This document shows, one piece after another, positions 1-64,000 of a DNA stretch of 64,000 bases. Source of the stretch: Macrostomum hystrix (lineage: Eukaryota > Animalia > Platyhelminthes); contig CATNEN010000003.1 in NCBI GenBank assembly GCA_950097015.1, positions 11,036,001 to 11,100,000 on the forward strand, written 5' to 3'. Positions within the stretch are counted from its first letter, which is position 1. Each line of letters begins with the position of its first letter. Position numbers and translations under genes: made by a program. The notes beneath the pieces are model-generated. The model did not search any database and was not told the origin of the DNA. It worked only from the letters and a program-made list of their open reading frames with translations.

Positions 1-785
1 CATCCAATTAGGAATATTTATCCCGCGACATGCAGCTAGTTGACCGCACGCTTTGTAGAAACATTTAGCAAGCATTAAAAATATCATCTCATTAGGGTTA
101 TATCTTTTTTGACTAGCGAAGTCCTACTTATCCCAAATGCCAATGCCAAATCTGCAATATTTAGCGACTAAATTAGCGGGACAAATCCTCAAATTGATGT
201 GACCTCAAACATAAAGGTGAACCCTCATAACTATTCCATTGTAAACTAAATATCAAGTTAGAATTTCTTATCCTCATATATATTTTCTCACCTATAAAAA
301 TTATATTTCTAATTATACTCAACCTGTTCTCACAGACGCACTCACGCGACTCAAAGCTAATCGCCCTATTCTCTCCGCATTAATTTATAGTTAATATAGA
401 AATTAAGAATGCCAGTTTCGGAAGTTAAAAAAGAAGAATGAAGGAAGGAAATTCGGATTCTTAAAAGCAGGAAGTCTTAGAGCAGGCGTTCCATTCGCTG
501 CGTGGCATATAGCAATCTTTATAAGCATTTCTACCTGAAAGAACTGACTGAAAAACTGTGCGCCTCATTTCTGGTCCTATAATTTCCTTTTCTTCTTAAA
601 CTATGAAGAGAAAAATGTCGGAAGATGCTGAGAATGATGAGGTAGGGCTTTTTTAATGAGAGACCGCCTCCGGGCTGTGTCTAAAGTGAGATTATATTTA
701 GATAATAAATTCGCACTTCCATTTTTTTAAACCCCCCTAAAGTGTTGGATCTAAGAGCGAATGGCGCGAGAAAATGCGACCAGAC

Positions 786-1561
786 AATCGAAGCAGAATA
801 CGAAGATGGAATCGAGCCGGATGATGAATCTGGAATTGAAGCAGATGTCGGAGCTGGAATCGAAGCAAAAGACAAAGCTCGAATCGAAGCAAAAGACGGG
901 GCTGGAATCGAAGCAAAAGACGGAGCTGGAATCGATGCAAAAGACGGAGCTGGAATCGAAGCAAAAGACAAAGCTAGAATCGAAGCAAAAGAAGGAGCTG
1001 GAATCGAAGCAAAAGACGGAGCTGGAATCGCAGCAAATGACGGAGCTGGAATCGAAGCAAAAGACAAAGCTGGAATCAAAGCAGAAGACGGAGCTGGAAT
1101 CGAAGCAAAATTCAAAGCTGGAATCCAAGCAAAAGACGGGCTGGAATCCAAGCAAAAGACGGAGCTGGAATCCAAGCAGAAGACAAAGCTGGAATCGAAG
1201 CAAAAGACGGAGCTGGAATCGAAGCAAAAGACAAAGCTGGAATCAAAGCAGAAGACGGAGCTGGAATCGAAGCAAAAGACGGAGCTGGAATCGAAGCTAA
1301 AGACAAAGCTGGAATCGAAGCAAAATTCAAAGCTGGAATCCAAGCAAAAGACGGGCTGGAATCCAAGCAAAAGACGGAGCTGGAATCCAAGCAGAAGACA
1401 AAGCTAGAATCGAAGCAAAAGACGGAGCTGGAATCGAAGCAAAAGACAAAGCTGGAATCAAAGCAGAAGACGGAGCTGGAATCGAAGCAAAAGACGGGGC
1501 TGGAATCGCAAAAGAAAAAGCTGGAATCGAAGCAAAAGACAAAGCTGGAATCGAAGCAAAA
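786..1561. repeat. 24-bp minisatellite (gctggaatcgaagcaaaagacgga)n
   Basis: Visible tandem periodicity; 8-aa repeats in several frames. Confidence 0.95.
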
Positions 1562-1859
1562 CTCTAATCAAACCATGAGACAAACTGCATGAACACGCAT
1601 TTGGTAAATACGAGAGTTTCCAATTTCAAACAAACATGTGTGAGCGTGTCTGTTTTTCGTCTCACAATGCTACTGAAAAGCGGCTTTGTACTGCTGCACA
1701 AAGAATTAAATTGTCAGGCGGAAGCCCTGCATATATATCAATTAATCGCTATATTAATGCTATTTTACAACTAGCTCCTATTATACATATTTTGAGCTAA
1801 AAGCACAGATAAAACAATATTTCAGATAAATATGACAGATTATGTATACTGTTTCTCCG

Positions 1860-2090
1860 TAGATTTTATCATTCGTCGATTTTCTCATTTTGTCAAATTT
1901 ATCATTCTGTCGATTTTCTCAATACGTCGATTTTCTCATTTTGTCGACTTTCTCATTCCGTCAATTGTCTCATTCCGCCGATTGTCTCATTTTGTCGATT
2001 TTCTCATTCTGTCGACTTTCTCATTCTGTCGACTTTCTAATTCTGTCGACTTTCTCATTTTTTGTTTTTCTTCATTCCGTCGATTTTTTC
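1860..2090. repeat. Degenerate roughly 17-bp tandem repeat (tgtcgattttctcattc)
   Basis: Visible periodicity. Confidence 0.85.
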
Positions 2091-2934
2091 TCTCGTTTTT
2101 TATACTTATTGAGCCGCCTACAAACACAATTCATAAAAAATTAAAAGAAAAGTTTTGAACGTTGAAAATTATATTATTCCTCTTGTCGTAATTTGTCGCA
2201 AAAGAGAGTTTCCGATTTGTCGGGTTATTTTGCCTTCGGGGTAGAATAATTTCCTCGGCTGTCTTGATTAGCAGGAAATATCCACAGTTTAATCTTTATT
2301 CCAATCAGTTCTTACCTTGTACGGCTTGTAGCCTTGTACTAAACGACAGGTGAAGCTGTCGAAAAAGATCTCTAAAAATATGCTTCACCTCGAGCTCTTT
2401 GCTACAATTCAACTAAGCAAATTTTATTGAATGAGGAGTGCGGAAATAGATATATTTGGTCAGAATGGGATTTAGAGATGAGGCAAGGCTGGAAATCGGA
2501 ATTCCCGTTGAAGACAAGGCTTTAAAAGCAAGGCCAGGGGAATATAATTAGCCAGTCGATTTGTGAGGTTCTTATCTATTTGACTGAACGCCGTCAGTTT
2601 CAGGGCCAACTGTGCCTCTATATATAAGCTATTGAAGATAAGGGTAGGGAGGGATGAGAATGAGGAGAATAATGTTTGTGCCCTAATATGTATTAGGGCA
2701 CTTATGGAATGCCAACTTATACTGTTTATTTTTGGATTGTTTATAACCACCTACACATTACAGCTTTACAACTTGATCTAACATAACCTTCAATCTTTAG
2801 CAAATTAAAATATTTATATAAAAAACCTGCAAATCATATTTTACGCAAGCTATGTTTAGTACGTTCTTAGATTAGTTCGGCTGGGTTTGTCCGTTTTTTA
2901 TTTTCCGAGTGGAAGAAAATATAACTTTGGAATG

Positions 2935-3603
2935 TATGTACATACACTGATAGGCCTCTCGATTAGTGTACACTGGGGCAGGAGTTTTTACTTAGGGGAG
3001 GGGCAAGGAATGTACATTTATTTAATGTACTTTGAGCCGCGCAGAAAGTCTATCCGAATTCAAAACAACAAGCCGACCCACCCGCCACCCTATTCCTCCC
3101 GCAGCATCAAACTTGAAAGCTAAAATCGTCAGTGAATTAGGGCATGTATTCGGCCACTTTAGGAGTGCGTACTAATACTTGTCTTTATTTAGAATGTATA
3201 ACCAATTTTATACATTGGTTTAATCACCGTTTATGACTAATTCACTCATCTGTAATTCACTCATCATAACTTTTATTGCTAAAAAAATTAAACAAATATA
3301 CGCTCTTATAAAAAAAACTTGCAAATAGTTTTATTTTAATCTTGTTGTTTTATGTACTTGTAATCCTTCCTTACCACCCAATTGGAAAAAATAGGAATTT
3401 ACATTCACTGATAGGCTTCACTGGGGAACTTATTAGTGTACACTGGGGCAGAAGTTTTTATTTTGGGAGGGGCAAAGAACGTACATTTATATAATGTACA
3501 TTGAGCCGCACGGACAGTCTATCTTAAAAACAACAAGCCGACCCCCTCCACCCCATTCATTCCTCCCGCAGCATCAAACTTGCAAGCAACAATCGTCAGT
3601 GAA
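2935..3603 (+). repeat. Diverged direct duplication of about 200 bp (2935-3136 and 3400-3603) including the exon 1 acceptor
   Basis: Shared attagtgtacactggggcag...aacaacaagccgaccc...ttcctcccgcagcatcaaacttg...aatcgtcagtgaa. Confidence 0.9.
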
Positions 3604-3675
3604 AGTGGACACTGTGTAGTGCCCAAAGCTTTGTTCCTGCAATATAATCACCAGCTTGCTGCGGGTTCTAGGGAA

Positions 3676-62953
<59,278 letters not shown>

Positions 62954-62991
62954 CGCTATCTTATCATAACGAATAATTGTCAAACCTAATC

Positions 62992-62997
62992 AATAAA
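62992..62997 (+). terminator. Polyadenylation signal AATAAA
   Basis: Canonical hexamer about 40 nt after the stop codon, with U-rich sequence downstream. Confidence 0.55.
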
Positions 62998-63234
62998 GAT
63001 TTGCCCAGTTTGCTCGAAATTGAACGAATTCAAAATGCATTTTTCGATATATTTTTATACAGTATTGCCTACTGTTTCATTCAAGTTTGATATAATATTG
63101 TTCTTTAGAATTTCTTCTCAAAGCGCAAAAAGTTTGACGTGATTGTTTAGTGAGCTAAGCGCCTAGATATTATATTGCAATTTTTGTTTTACATACAGCC
63201 GCATCTAATTGCAAAGAATCTAGACAGAAAAACG

Positions 63235-63325
63235 TTGATTGGCTTGGATCAGTCACGTGATTCGGGTTGAGGTGGATGAACGGAGGAGCTAAAATAGCAA
63301 CCAATCAAAACACGGCAGCCAATGG
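63235..63325. promoter_or_regulatory. Promoter-like motif cluster: three CCAAT/ATTGG boxes and a GTCACGTGA E-box
   Basis: gattggc near 63238, gtcacgtgat near 63252, accaatc near 63300, gccaatg near 63318. Confidence 0.35.
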
Positions 63326-64000
63326 ACGTTTTTTTCTTATCAGTTAAATAATACTATTTTAATCAAGGCAATTAAACGTAGCAAAGAGCCAGTACTACAG
63401 TAGATAAGCATTTCTTTTTGGTTATTTGATTTATTGCACTTATTCAAACATACATTCTCTCTGTGTTAATTGTGTCTTTCCATGCGCGGCTCAGAAGACA
63501 AGAACAAACAAGTACACAGACTGATGCACTATTCAGGAGTTAGATATCAGAGCATTATAGTAATTTGTATTTTCGTAATTTTGCTACCTTTTTAGACCTG
63601 TGGAGTAAAGTTAAAGGATTCGATTGATTTATTGTTTAATTATTCAACTGTACAGGTTATTTCCTAGAAAATTACTGTTGTTTGTGATTTTTTGTCTAAT
63701 ACGTCGATGTGTGATCGGGTGCATCCGCCACTTTTGTTAGCTTGTCAGTCAAATTGGTTTGAATGTGCAGCGGATAACATTTTTGCTGATCTTAGCACCG
63801 AAAATTTTTGTTTTTATTTTACTAAGTTTTTTCTGCACTTCGATCTGTCCTGTGTAATATGAATGTTGCCATTTCTGTCGATAAATCCATATTCAGCTTC
63901 AAATATGTCGACGGGAATTTTTGACTTACTCAAATTTCTTTTTTTAGCAATGTTATTTCTTAAGCGAGTCGAGCAATTGTTGTGGCATATTTTTATGATA

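Noticed and set aside
603-641. ATG...gag|gtaggg as a candidate upstream coding exon
   Set aside because: Phase 0 is out of frame with the 3572 acceptor; at most a UTR exon or uORF, with no other support.
681-1542. Overlapping ORFs with 8-aa repeats (GIEAKDGA, LESKQKT)
   Set aside because: Translations of a 24-bp minisatellite, open in several frames on both strands and frameshifted by unit indels. Faint B-box similarity (ttcgattcc) on the minus strand is too weak to call.

Overview
Eukaryotic (metazoan) genomic DNA. GC-rich exons with poly-Ala/Gln/Gly/Ser runs and AT-rich introns full of minisatellites suggest a free-living flatworm such as Macrostomum, but that is inference only. Almost the whole window is one + strand gene. 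I assembled it by hand into 26 coding exons (about 3676-62953) with GT-AG ends and consistent intron phases, summing to 12,270 nt or about 4,090 codons. It encodes a very large phospholipase C epsilon: CDC25 RasGEF, PH, EF-hand, X/Y catalytic barrel, C2 and two RA domains. In front of these is a roughly 1,900-aa N-terminal extension with ankyrin repeats, a helical region, a split REM-like domain and a talin-like FERM F2-F3 module, none of which are described for vertebrate PLCE1 as far as I know. The introns hold more than 20 tandem-repeat arrays, three tRNA-derived SINE families, a deleted Tc1 (DD34E) element with a nested SINE, and a MITE. Some arrays look possibly functional: an 86-bp repeat carrying CCAAT, AP-1 and TCF motifs, a tandem Pol III B-box array, and arrays of donor-like AG|GT motifs. 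Most long ORFs in the supplied track are translations of repeats.
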